NCBI RefSeq assembly: GCF_001194135.2
Contig: NC_068989.1
Location: forward strand, 95,662,122-95,726,121
DNA length: 64,000 nucleotides
Reading direction: 5' to 3'
Source: Octopus bimaculoides
Taxonomy: Eukaryota
Below, one piece after another: positions 40,214-52,217 of the stretch (within the stretch, counting starts at the first letter, position 1; every line of letters starts with the position of its first letter). A program made the translations under genes and the position numbers. Below the pieces are notes generated by a model. It was given only the letters and a program-made list of their open reading frames with translations. It did not search any database and was not told the DNA's origin.

Positions 40214-40790
40214 TACAAAGCAGTATATTATATAAGTAAAGTTAGATAAGGCTGGTTTATGGGATTACCCTGGGTTTCACATCCATAAAGCACTTAGCTT
40301 TACAGGGTATTATCAGATCGCAAACCTGTTGGCTTATGGCCTCACTAGAAAATGGAGGAGGAAAGGACCTCACTAGTCAATGTCAACAACAAAGGACTGT
40401 CTCCATTTGGCTATCGATTGTAAGTAGTCCTATTATTTTGTGGATTCTAATAGGGCAGAAGGAATTTCCTGAAATGCAGGCATGGTCCAAAGACCTCTGT
40501 TCTGGAGTTAAGGATGTTCCCCCAGTCGAGGGAGTCCTTTAGTATCCTCACCTGTTCCACTATGCACAGTTCACAATGCTTGGTCCCGTTTATGTACGAG
40601 CTTGAATTTTCTAGGATTCCCCATGACATTATGTGTGGAATCCCATAGTCCTTCAGCTGGCATACATGGCTGGCTAATGATATAATGTATCTCCTTTTGA
40701 ATATTCCGAAGGAGGATCTGTGGTTGGAGAGGCATTGCTTGAATGTGTTACTGGAGCAACAGACGTATGTTAATATTTATTTCTAAAGAC
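40214..40790 (-). mobile_element. Penelope-like element 3' fragment (GIY-YIG endonuclease C-terminal half plus downstream region)
   Basis: Minus strand: ..SSNTFKQCLSNHRSSF...SLASHVCQLKDYGIPHIMSWGILENSSSYINGTKHCELCIVEQVRILK....NILNSRTEVFGPCLHFRKFLL (cf. TFK.RY.NH..SF..LS.HIW.LK...I.W.IL...Y....K.C.LC..EK..I...LN.R.E...C.H..KF.L). Confidence 0.8.
40254..40326 (-). ncRNA. Degenerate type I hammerhead ribozyme in the Penelope-like element
   Basis: Minus strand GGTTTG CGAT CTGATAA T ACCCTGTAAAGC TAAGT GCTTTATGGATGT GAAACCCAGGGTA ATCCCATAAACC: core CTGATAA (canonical CTGANGA), stem II, GAAA, palindromic ACCC-A-GGGT, GTA triplet, stem I GAT/ATC plus GGTTTG/TAAACC. Confidence 0.65.
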
Positions 40791-41169
40791 ACATAATTTG
40801 AGGAGAAAAATTGTTTAATCTCAGCTACAATTGATACAGATACAATATATATANNNNNNNNNNNNNNNNNNNNNNNNNNNNNNNNNNNNNNNNNNNNNNN
40901 NNNNNNNNNNNNNNNNNNNNNNNNNNNNNNNNNNNNNNNNNNNNNNNNNNNNNNNNNNNNNNNNNNNNNNNNNNNNNNNNNNNNNNNNNNNNNNNNNNNN
41001 NNNNNNNNNNNNNNNNNNNNNNNNNNNNNNNNNNNNNNNNNNNNNNNNNNNNNNNNNNNNNNNNNNNNNNNNNNNNNNNNNNNNNNNNNNNNNNNNNNNN
41101 NNNNNNNNNNNNNNNNNNNNNNNNNNNNNNNNNNNNNNNNNNNNNNNNNNNNNNNNNNNNNNNNNNNNN

Positions 41170-41214
<45 letters not shown>

Positions 41215-41469
41215 TATATACATGTACACACACACACACGCGCATATTTGTACTCAGCTGACATGATTTTTCTTACACATGTTTTTTCTTTCATACTTTA
41301 CATTTGTGTTTCTGTTTAGGCTTTACATTCTCCTCTCCATTTTTAGTTTCATTAAACTCCCTTCATAGTGTGTCAGATAAACTAATGTCTAAGTTAGAAA
41401 TTTGTTTAATGTTTTATAAACAGTTTTTAAATTGAAAAATAAATTTTCAATTGTCATTAAAGTCAGTTT

Positions 41470-41700
41470 CTCTCGAAGTAATAACATATTAAACTCATCT
41501 TGAAAATGGAAAGGAGATGGCAAAAGAAACTTTAAAAAAGTTTAATGTAAACAAAGCAACTGTTAGAACAGTTAAAAGATACAAAGAAAAATTAGAGTTA
41601 GCATAATCACTGAATCCTTAATAAATTTTAAAATACAAATCATACTAACATAACATGGAAACAATGGAAGAAACTGTTGTTTCATATACTAGATAGGACA
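41470..41700 (+). mobile_element. Tigger/pogo-like transposase N-terminal fossil
   Basis: LEVI...HLENGKEMAKETLKKFNVNKATVRTVKRYKEKL...METMEE, resembling the pipsqueak-type HTH of Tigger transposases. Confidence 0.5.
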
Positions 41701-41720
41701 AAATATCATAAAGTACCAAT

Positions 41721-41772
41721 GTCCAACCCATGCTAGCATGGAAAGTGGATGTTAAACGATGACGATGATGAT
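41721..41772 (+). mobile_element. Very short RTE 3' terminus
   Basis: GTCCAACCCATGCTAGCATGGAAAGTGGATGTTAAACGATGACGATGATGAT. Confidence 0.85.
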
Positions 41773-42225
41773 ACCTCTCTCTCTCTCTCTCTCTCTATAG
41801 ATATATATATATATATATATCTATATATAAATTTTTTTTTTCACACACATGAAGGAAAATCATATTTATTATCCAAATTTCAATAACAGTTAAAATTATC
41901 ATTTCTAATTAATAATATCTTTAAAAATATATCACCATTGTTTAATAGAATTTTGATTTGTGATGTGACTCATGGGACCGACTCAATGAGGAACAATTCA
42001 GTGTGTGTGTGTGTGCGCGTGTGTGCATGTACGCATGTGTGTATGCATGTGTACATGTGTTTGTATCTGTCTATTTCCATGTATGTGTGTATATCATATA
42101 CAATGTGTGTTTATATTTATAAATACACATTGCATTTAACACACACACACATATATATAGTTATATTTTTGTTCATTATATAGACAACGCTGTAAAATGC
42201 TCAGTTAGACAACTTGAGACATGTG

Positions 42226-42269
<44 letters not shown>

Positions 42270-42305
42270 CTGATGTGTATGAGTGCACATGAGAAAGCCA
42301 ACTTA

Positions 42306-42525
42306 CATCATCGTCTTCATTGAATAACGTATGTTTCCCGTGCTGGCATGGGTTGGACAGTTTGATAGGAGCTGGCAAACTGGAGAGCTGCACCTGGCTC
42401 TAATTCTATGGTTTCTGTGGCTGGATGCCCTTCCCAATGCCAACCCTTTTACAGAGTGTATTGGGTGCTTTTTACATGGCACTGGCATGGGTTCTGTTTA
42501 CATGGCACCAGTACAGGTGCTTTTC
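42306..42525 (-). mobile_element. RTE 3' end (older)
   Basis: GCTGGCATGGGTTGGACAGTTTGA...GCTGGATGCCCTTCCCAATGCCAACC. Confidence 0.8.
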
Positions 42526-43971
42526 ACTGCTTTCTGTAAAATATTTTGACTAACAAAATGATTGTTATATTGAAGTTATTGCATAAGGTACTACTGAATC
42601 TATATTTTAAGATGCAATCATTAATTTAAAAAGTAAGGAGATTTTGCTAAGAATATTGTGACACATTTAGTTTCAATTACAACAAACAGCAAACAACAGG
42701 TGTCTAAATGTTTGAGATTAATTGTTAAAATGATTAAGTTTCCAACTAATTAACTTCATCTTTACAGGTGAAAAATGGTTTAGTATTTGTATCTATAGTA
42801 CATTTAGATCAGCTTTATCTCTAAATATCATTAAGTGCAAATACGAAAATATCATTTTATCTCAATGAAATGAAGTTATAGTCTAAAAAAAAAAAAAATT
42901 ACAGTCATACAAAATAGGTTTTCATTTGAAACTAAATACAGAAACTAATCTGATAAAATTCTGATTTTCTCTGTTCTTGTCTAAGAGAATACACAAACAT
43001 TAAATATGGCAATATGGTCGAACTGTTACATGTGATATTGGTTGTGGTTCAAGATAGGCTGTAAATGTAATTTACTACACATTCTCTGAATACATCAACT
43101 CCACTGGGGTAATGGCAGTCAATGTTTACAGGTTGATACTGTTGTTTTATTGCATCTTCAAGTAAATTCAGTGTAATTGTACTAAGATGCATAACAACAA
43201 AGACCAAACACAGATGGCATATGTAGGCTGATGCACTTTACTTTAGTTTCAAGCAAAAACAATTCAAATCTTTTTTTATTGTTTCATAAAGAGAGAAGAA
43301 AATCTTTATATGTCAGCAATATAACCATCATTCAATTTTTGTTCATTTTTTTTTTATTTTATGCTTCATGTTTATATACAATATTCCTATTAGAATGAAG
43401 AAAAAATGTAAACTATTTCATAAAATGACTGCATAACTATCAAGTGAAAGTATATAAAAGTGTCCTTGAAGTTAAACCATAAGAAAAAAGTTTCTATAGT
43501 ATGAGAAAATACGACTAATATAGTAAAACCAGATAAATCATTAAGCATATTGTTTAGCTGGTATTTAAAAGAAAAATCAACAAATAATACACAGAAATGG
43601 TCTTGTTATGAGAAGGGAAACTAATACTGCTTATTGTCGTAAAATAGGATTTTATTTTGACATGTTTCACTAATGCACTACATTTGATATTTTCTAAATC
43701 TTTTTCTTGTTCAAGAGATACACAAACATTTTAAAGAAGCCTTTTACTTATGAGAAGAAAAATTTATTGATAAAATATATTTGTTTATATATTCACACAC
43801 ACATATATATTTTCCTTTTCTATAAGAAAGAAAGATATTTATAACTCACTGTTGGAAGTAACTAGTTATGTGTATGTAACAAAATTGAATATACTGTTCT
43901 TATCAAAATTAGATATGACTATAATCCCAAAATCAGATCAAATTCATAATTATGAATAATAAATGTCTCAC

Positions 43972-43981
43972 TCTTCCTCAC
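43972..43981 (-). other. Candidate 10-nt microexon or recursive splice site (AG|GTGAGG)
   Basis: Minus strand TGACTAATTTTTTTTCTTTTGTTTAG|GTGAGGAAGA|GTGAGA. Confidence 0.45.
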
Positions 43982-44101
43982 CTAAACAAAAGAAAAAAAA
44001 TTAGTCAAAATTTCCAATTCTCCTTCTTGATAAAATTAAAGCCCAAAACTGACCAAAATACAGGATGATATCATAAAAGGCATAGTTGATTTTCTACTCA
44101 C
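43982..44101 (-). other. Candidate 120-nt intron with consensus donor, branch point and acceptor
   Basis: ATG|GTGAGTAG ... GACTAAT (branch A about 20 nt from the AG), polypyrimidine tract, TTTAG|. Confidence 0.55.
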
Positions 44102-44134
44102 CATATAAAGTAATCCAATTAACAATACACCACA
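44102..44134 (-). other. Candidate 33-nt exon (phase 0 reads CGVLLIGLLYM)
   Basis: GATTTCTTAAG|TGTGGTGTATTGTTAATTGGATTACTTTATATG|GTGAGT; acceptor is a weaker AAG. Confidence 0.4.
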
Positions 44135-44162
44135 CTTAAGAAATCACATTGAGCATGTTTAA

Positions 44163-44388
44163 TCCTTTAAATTACTCTGCCAAATGCAAAGCTTATTTAT
44201 TCATATTGTTTTGAATTAATCTTGCATTGTTTCATAAGCTTTGAGATTTTGATGATGCTATTGTCAATTTTTAGAACTATTTTTAGAATGGCATTGTAGG
44301 GTAGGTGTGAGATGTTAGATCAGACCAGTTTGAACATAAAACAAGCAGAATATTTGGGCTGTACAAGGCTGGTTTAAATGCTAAATGG
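44163..44388 (-). mobile_element. TTAA-flanked non-autonomous piggyBac-type MITE
   Basis: TTAA at 44159-44162 and 44389-44392; ends TCCTTTA.. and ..ATGCTAAATGG (reverse complement CCATTTAGCAT); second partial copy at 30435-30600. Confidence 0.65.
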
Positions 44389-45004
44389 TTAAATAACCAA
44401 ATCAATGTTTATGGTCTAATATTCACTTGTATGTTGAAGAAAATCATTGTAGAAGTTTGCTTTAAGGGATTGCAAACATACATCATGGCTGATTAGCAAC
44501 TCAGCATTTTTAATCATTGTTAATACAAAGACTTTCCACAACTATGTATTTGCTATCTCTGACTACACATCATCAGTATCATACACACACACATACATAC
44601 ACATTACATATTAATGAGTGTGTCTACGTACACACACACACATTTGTATATATGTAATGAATTCCTTGGATAGTGAAGGGAATCATGATATGATCTTCAT
44701 TAATTTCAATGGCTCAAGTTATTATGCGAAATATCCTAGCAACTTAACTTCATTATTGATGCTTCATAATAACTCTAGGGGTAAAAGATACTAAACTGCA
44801 CAGCAGGAATAATACAAAGTAAATCATTAAAATTAAATTGATTATATTGTTTGGCAGGTATTAAAAAAAATTGCAAAATGCATATAATTCAGCTAATTGT
44901 ACAAGGAAATTAATAGTGCTCATTGCTTTAAAATAGAAATTTATTTTGACATGTTGAACTCAGAAGATAAATGCTGGCATTTGTTCTGACTCTTTACATC
45001 CTGA

Positions 45005-45078
45005 GTTCAAATTCCATGGAGATCAACTGGCCTTTTGCCACCCCGACTCCAAGGAGTTGATAAAATTAAGAATTAATT
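45005..45078 (+). mobile_element. Second SINE family, fragment
   Basis: CTGAGTTCAAATTCC..GGAGATCAACT.GCCTTT...GGAGTTGATAAAAT; B-box-like GTTCAAATTCC. Confidence 0.55.
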
Positions 45079-45261
45079 CAGAAATATGGTCAATTTAATT
45101 AACCCTTCCCCTCTCAATTTTATACAGTACACTTTTGTTTAAAACATTTTCAATGTAATAAGATTCATTACTTTTTTGATTGACGACTTTTTGTTTACTC
45201 ATATTCCCAGAGATTTGCACATGTAAACAATTGTACACACACACACACACACACACACACA

Positions 45262-45390
45262 CTATGAGCTTTGTCCAGTTTCCATCACCTAACTTCACAA
45301 AACATTGGCTCATCCAGAACTAAGGTAGGACTGAATCTGAAAGCATGTGGTTGTGAAGCAAGTTTCTTCACCATGCAGCCTGGCCTGCAC
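45262..45390 (-). mobile_element. Degenerate tRNA-derived SINE
   Basis: CAGTTTCCATC.CC.AA.TTCAC...CATGTGGTTGTGAAGCAAGTTTCTTCACCATGCAGCC. Confidence 0.55.
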
Positions 45391-46614
45391 CTATTTAGTT
45401 ATATAATTTCATATAATCCAGTAACGTATTTTTGAACAATTATTGAAAATATGACTTAGTAATAAAACTTATAAAACAATTCCATCTCTAAATTCAATCT
45501 TAAAATATATATGATGATTGTTTAAGTTGTTGAAATAGATAACAAAATATACCAAGTACAATATTTAGATATAAAATAAAAGATATTTGGCAAAATATTT
45601 GAACAAGCAGGTTCTAGAACTTACAAAGTAAAGAAACTCAAATTAAAAAGTTATATAAATTGATTATTATATTTATATGCCTTAATAAAACAAAAAACAA
45701 ATGCTTTTATTTTTGATACAAAGCAGACTGGGATGGATATGCAACATTGTTCTTGTTTACTCATTTATATATAACTACAATGCTAGGCAAAGAAGAAGAT
45801 AGCAAAAAATTAAAAAATGGAATTAAACTATATATACAAAATAGAAGAAAAGTTTTTTCATCTTTATTTTTTCACTGAAGAAAAGAAATAACTAAATTAA
45901 TCGATAAAAACAAAGTTTTTTTACATAATTTTCTTTTTATTAAACTACCTTTCAGACAGACAGTCAATAGCCAGAGAAATATTGCATACGATAAAATTTT
46001 AAAAGAATACATAAAAAAGATAAAAGGGAGATATAATAAGCAATTAAAAGTTTTTTTTTTATTTATTTACTTTATAAAAAAGATAAGCCTTCAAAATTAG
46101 TTAATTCTTTCTCAATAATAATAATAATTGAACTAAATGGACTTTAAAAAAAAAACATTTATTTAGTAAAAAAACAAATCTTTCATCATGAGGATTGGCA
46201 CTGCTATTTGTCACAAAAGATAGGATTATTGATTGTTGGAGGTTTGAAGAAGAAGTCAGGTTCAATAAAGTATAGAAAAAATAGTATGTGAAGTTTTCAT
46301 TTATTTATCTTTGTATACAAATATCTGAAGGACACAAAGAAAATCACTTTACAGGGTTACATAAAAATAAAGTGGCTATGTATAATTGATCATGGCTTTT
46401 ATATCATAGAAGATCAATATAAACTTTCTTTTTACTTGCCCAAAGTACAGATTTAAATTCAAGAGCATTTGGAAAACAAAAGTTTAGAGCTCTTAAACAT
46501 TTTTATTATTTCATTGTTTTTTTTTTTTTGTTCTTTTACTTTTTTTTTTCATGTGCTCATCTGTTAGAAAACAGCCCCCATCTAATTCATGCACTTGTGT
46601 CACTAGCCAACTAA

Positions 46615-46815
46615 AGAGCCATTGCATGGTCATTTGACCTGCTGGAAGCAGCAGTCAAATCTCCCTAAAATCACATATATCTACTATTTTAAAAGAACTT
46701 ATTCAATAAAATAGTCAAAAGCAAATGTCTAAATAGATGGGATTACCATGGAGAGAATGTTTTTAGCATAGGTCTATCAGTGAGATTAGGTCAGACCTGG
46801 TGTTAAACAAGCAAA
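46615..46815 (+). repeat. Dispersed repeat family ending ...GACCTGG.GTTAAACAA (probable retroposon 3' part)
   Basis: Homologous copies at 48440-48618 (+), 59385-59560 (-) and 32310-32355 (-). Confidence 0.55.
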
Positions 46816-47261
46816 ACTATGAAAATGAAGAGCAAGATATGAAATTCCAATATCAAGAAAAGTCAAAACGTTGGAATGTTACTTCGCCTACCTAGTCCAA
46901 AATAGATACGAATCCCAGGAATGGAGCTTTTTCTTAACCTAGAAGCTCCATTACTCCATATTACTCTATAAGTGAAAAATCTGAAGAGTGTAGTACCAAC
47001 TCTAGAACATAAGTGCTGTATGTGCCAAGCGTGAATGAAATCAAATGAAAAATATTGATTTTAATGAGGTTCAATTAAATAGCCTGTCACACACACACAC
47101 ACACACACACACACATCTTCTGTCTTATTTATTATAGATGAACATCACAAATTATGTTTTCTAATTCCTTGTAATCAACAGGGTTAATTTCTACTTGACA
47201 TGAGAAGACAAACATGATAAACTAAGGACAAATGTGACTGTTATGCAAATATTTATGAATC

Positions 47262-47470
47262 ATGATCATGATCATTTTAATACTTTCTTTTCCATACTTG
47301 CATCGATCAGATAGTTTTATTGAGAAAGAATTACTATGGCCAGAAGCCCTTTCTGTTACTAACCCTCACTTGTTTCCAAGCAAGATAATATTTCCCCATG
47401 GCCAGATGATTCTGGCAGAATATTGGAAATGAATGACGCTGCTTGTATGATAATGGTACTCAATCACATA
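47262..47470 (-). mobile_element. 3' end of a second, older RTE-like subfamily
   Basis: CCCTCACTTGTTTCCAAGCAAGATAATATTTCCCC is the reverse complement of 62705-62745; (GAT)-type tail. Confidence 0.6.
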
Positions 47471-47514
47471 ATGTCAAGGCAAAAAGATATGTACACACAT
47501 TACATACATGCATG

Positions 47515-47670
47515 TACAAAACAGGCTTTTTTTCAGTTTCCATCTACCAAATACACTCACAGGGCTTTGGCTGGGGCTATAGTAGAAGGCACTTGCCCAA
47601 GGTGCCATGTAGTGGATCTGAACTCAAAACCAAGTGGTTGGGAAGCAAACTTCTGAACCACAAAGCCAAA
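47515..47670 (-). mobile_element. tRNA-derived SINE, 5' half
   Basis: CAGTTTCCATCTACC...CTATAGTAGAAGGCACTTGCCCAAGGTGCCATGTAGTGG...GGTTGGGAAGCAAACTTCT. Confidence 0.8.
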
Positions 47671-49309
47671 TAAATTACTCAATACCAAACACATTTTAAA
47701 AGTATATTGGACAATGCATTTACAACAATTTTATACAAATGATCATATAACTTGAATTTTTCCAAGTATGCTTAGGAAAAACTTTCAAAAATATATTTAA
47801 ACAAGTTATATAAATATATTTAAACAGGTTATATAAACTAGTGTTAATTCACTTCTTCCACATGATAAAAATTATATTATATCAAATAGATATGTAAAAA
47901 GAATTCCAAACATGCAAATCTATTAGAAAATAATTAAACAAACATTAATTAAATTTGGAACACAGAATTAGCTTCATAAAAATTTTCTAAAATTACTTCC
48001 ATCAATCAACTTCCTATGTGTGAACGAGCTATAAAGAAGATGAAATTTGAAAAAGTGAGATCTATAATATAAAACATATTCTTTATAGAAATCTTTTGTT
48101 TGAGTTATTTAAAGAACACAAGCAACTATTGTAGAAATTCAAATATAACTTAATGAAAGAATAGAGCCACCAATTGAGCAAAATTGTTTGTTAAGCTAGA
48201 CGAAACAGCATTGCCTTTTAAATATAATGATCTGGAGGGAAGAAAAGAAAGAGATTTTAGGATTAGAGTAAAGGAGGATTAGAAAATTGAATTGGGGGGG
48301 GTTCCCCCCTTTCCTGAAGGAAAGCAATTTAAGTAAAGCAATATGACATGAGTGGGAACCAATTTGTTCAGAGAACAGCAACAGTAACAGGAGGGATGTT
48401 ATTTAACAGTTGATATACAAAAGCAACCTAAGCCAAAAAGGGAACTTGTGTGGTTACTTGACCCACTGGACAGAGTAGGCAAATCTCTCTCAAAAATACA
48501 CCATGTCATCATGAAAAAGAATGTATAATGTTACATGATGGGACAGTCATTGCCAGTAAGTCTTTGATGATAAGTCTAATCTGTTGATGCTAACCTGGGG
48601 GTTAAACATCAACAAAAAACTACAATCAGAAGCAGCATCAGTTTCATTGCTGTGTGATTAAAAAACTGACAAGTATCTAGATACACAGCACACTCTAAAA
48701 TATTAACTGATACTAAAATATAACAATTGCATATTTCAAGCAGGGATCACATCACATTTTCATTTCCTCTAAACAATTCCCAAATTTGAGTATCCACTCC
48801 TACTACTCACAGAAAGACTTAATCTGAAGCTATGTTTTTTCTTTTTTTCCAAGATTCCTTAAGCTACAATTTTGTTCTAATTTTCTAATTTTCAAGAGCA
48901 TCCACATATTTTGACATCATCTTAGGTGGTTAGAAATAATTAACCTTTAAAAAGTATTATAAAATGGCATAAATGGATAATTATCATCATTGGCAGTGGT
49001 GACAACATCATTCTACATTCACTTTCCATACTGGCTTCAGATGGATAAATTTCATGGTGGTCCTTGGAATAGATATTTGGTGTTTCTGCCTTTCCATATA
49101 GATCAAGTGATTACATCCTGCTTGTACTTTTTATTTGCTATCATTTCTACAGCTGAATACCCTCCCTAGCACCACCCACTTTACTGAATGTAATGTAGTA
49201 ATTATATTTATCAAAATAAAAAATAAAGCTTTAAGATTACATTTGTGCAAAGTTTCTTTTAATTTCTTACAAAGCAATCATGTTATTTATCAGATATGAC
49301 TATTGTCAG

Positions 49310-49395
<86 letters not shown>

Positions 49396-50930
49396 TTAAC
49401 TTTTTTAAAAGGATGGCTATCTCCAGAGAGCATCTTTGCTTTTATGTTGCCTTAATTCAATCAAACCAGTAAATTTTTAGAACTTGCTTGAATAATTAAT
49501 ATAATTTTCAAGAAATCCATTACATTTTGGCTTAACAATCAAACTAGTCCCTGAAGTAATTGTCTGAGGATCTTGATCTCAAGGTGGGGGGGGGGGATGG
49601 TTAAGGATACAAGCTGGCCCTAAATTTTTAGTAACCAGGTAGAGGAAATCATGACTAAGTTGATTTGACAAATACATTTGAGAGTTTGGTACAGACTATG
49701 TAACTGATCTTCCAGCATTGTATACAAATTTAGAAATGTCAAAATTTAGACAGGTCTCCTACAAATTGAGTGGTACTAACAAAGGGTACTGTAGGGATAT
49801 TTCAAGTGTGCTGTTTTTATATAACAATAATGAGCCACTTCTGAATTAGAGTGAAAACCTGTGTTAAAATGTATATCCGTTTAAACACACACACACACAC
49901 CCACACCTAAATATACACTATACTATTGTTGGCCAAGTCTGAGACTAAGAAACTTCTCTTGATCAAACAAAGGATGTAGTCACAAGATGGTAGACAACAG
50001 AAGCAATAAACTTTATTTGTTTCCTTGGTTCCAGAATACTCTATCAATGCAAAAAAAGTATAATTTTGAAAAGAACACATTGCACCAATAATTAGCTGAA
50101 AGCCACTGTCTTTGGTCAACAGAAATGAGTTGTTTTTCTGTATAACAATGGTTGGTTAAATACATAGCATGAATGACTTATCAAAGACATTCAGGAGATA
50201 AAGTTTTGAGACACTTCCACCTGTTCAAGCATTACAGTGTTTTCCTACAACATAAAAAGTTCTTAAAATGGGTAACCACTAATGAGTATTTCAATAAATT
50301 AAAGTAGCTTAAAAACTAATTCTGTTTGAAACTTGACAAATACAACAAAACAAATGCAATGAAACTTAACCTATCAAAAACAAAAACAAAAAGATGGACA
50401 TCAACCACTGTCCTAAATGAAGCACTTTTGCAATAGCTATTAGTGTGCAACAGTCTACTTGAAACACCAAAAATAAATTAAACTTTTTTCACTTCACTAC
50501 CTCAGTTATTTTATTAGCTAAAATAGCATCTGTCGTATACACAATTCCTGGTGTGGACATATTTTATCACATTATTCTTTGGTTGTATACAAAAAACAAT
50601 TCCATGAAACAAGCTACTCAAAAAAGAAAGTATATTCTATATATTTTAACAAGACAGCAAAATATATATTTCAGTAATCTTTTCTGAGAATAAACAATTT
50701 TCCAAAGAATTCTAAAACATAACAGACTGACAATATATATCAAATGCACAGTTACTACTGTTTTTGTAAAACAAAAACATTATACAAACAACTGGATTCT
50801 TATTATGCTAGTCAAAATATTAACTTACACCTATGACATTATATATATATATATATATATAAACAAATGCAGGTACACATACAAGCATAAATATACATAC
50901 ATATATGTGTGTGTATATATATATATATAT

Positions 50931-52160
50931 CATCATCATCATCATCGTTTAACGTCCGCTTTCCATGTTAGCATGGGTTGGACGATTTGACTGAGGACTG
51001 GTGAAACCGGATGGCAACACCAGGCTCCAGTCTGATTTGGCAGAGTTTCTACAGCTGGATGCCCTTCCTAACGCCAACCACTCAGAGAGTGTAGTGGGTG
51101 CTTTTACGTGTCACCCGCACGAAAACGGCCACGCTCGAAATGGTGTCTTTTATGTGCCACCCGCACAAGCCAGTCCAGGGGCACTGGCAACGATCTCGCT
51201 CGAAAATCCTACGGGAGCCAGTCAGGCGGTACTGGCAACGGCCACGCTCAAAATGGTGCATCTCATGTNNNNNNNNNNNNNNNNNNNNNNNNNNNNNNNN
51301 NNNNNNNNNNNNNNNNNNNNNNNNNNNNNNNNNNNNNNNNNNNNNNNNNNNNNNNNNNNNNNNNNNNNNNNNNNNNNNNNNNNNNNNNNNNNNNNNNNNN
51401 NNNNNNNNNNNNNNNNNNNNNNNNNNNNNNNNNNNNNNNNNNNNNNNNNNNNNNNNNNNNNNNNNNNNNNNNNNNNNNNNNNNNNNNNNNNNNNNNNNNN
51501 NNNNNNNNNNNNNNNNNNNNNNNNNNNNNNNNNNNNNNNNNNNNNNNNNNNNNNNNNNNNNNNNNNNNNNNNNNNNNNNNNNNNNNNNNNNNNNNNNNNN
51601 NNNNNNNNNNNNNNNNNNNNNNNNNNNNNNNNNNNNNNNNNNNNNNNNNNNNNNNNNNNNNNNNNNNNNNNNNNNNNNNNNNNNNNNNNNNNNNNNNNNN
51701 NNNNNNNNNNNNNNNNNNNNNNNNNNNNNNNNNNNNNNNNNNNNNNNNNNNNNNNNNNNNNNNNNNNNNNNNNNNNNNNNNNNNNNNNNNNNNNNNNNNN
51801 NNNNNNNNNNNNNNNNNNNNNNNNNNNNNNNNNNNNNNNNNNNNNNNNNNNNNNNNNNNNNNNNNNNNNNNCGGAAGCTATCGACTACCTCTAGTTTTTC
51901 ACCCTGGAATGAGATAGAAGTTGTTTCCTGTTTGTTTACAGTCTTTATTGCACCTGAACATCTGCCACAAACAAAAACTAACTTGCTAGTTAACCTGCCT
52001 TTGATGTTGCTGCACCTCTTATGTGTCCATAGCTTGCACCGGGTACATCTTATAGAGTTACTACCTACTCCTTTTCTACATACTGAGCAGGGCCATCTAC
52101 CTGAAGGGGTTTGTGTTTTATCTACCTTCCTACTTATTAGGATTTTGGATTTTGGTTTTT

Positions 52161-52162
<2 letters not shown>
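50931..52162 (-). mobile_element. Young 5'-truncated RTE LINE spanning an assembly gap (ORF fragment with PHD-like finger plus 3' UTR)
   Basis: Stop-free KILISRKVDKTQTPSGRWPCSVCRKGVGSNSIRCTRCKLWTHKRCSNIKGRL...CGRC...GEKLEVVDSF at 51873-52150; same-strand 3' UTR and (GAT)n tail at 50931-51268. Continuity across the Ns is assumed. Confidence 0.8.
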
Positions 52163-52198
<36 letters not shown>

Positions 52199-52217
52199 CA
52201 CACATATATATAAATAA

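Noticed and set aside
39853-41319. ORFs with poly-X and YIYIYI runs (also 6859-7101, 57943-58396, 63574-63945 and similar)
   Set aside because: Translations of N-gaps and (TA)n/(CA)n/(GA)n microsatellites.
48803-48830. Fourth GTGAGTAG donor-like motif
   Set aside because: T at -1 and an A-rich, non-pyrimidine acceptor region.
51001-52213. Long plus-strand ORFs of 269-371 aa in the ORF track
   Set aside because: They run through about 600 Ns and are antisense to the RTE element; length is a gap artefact.
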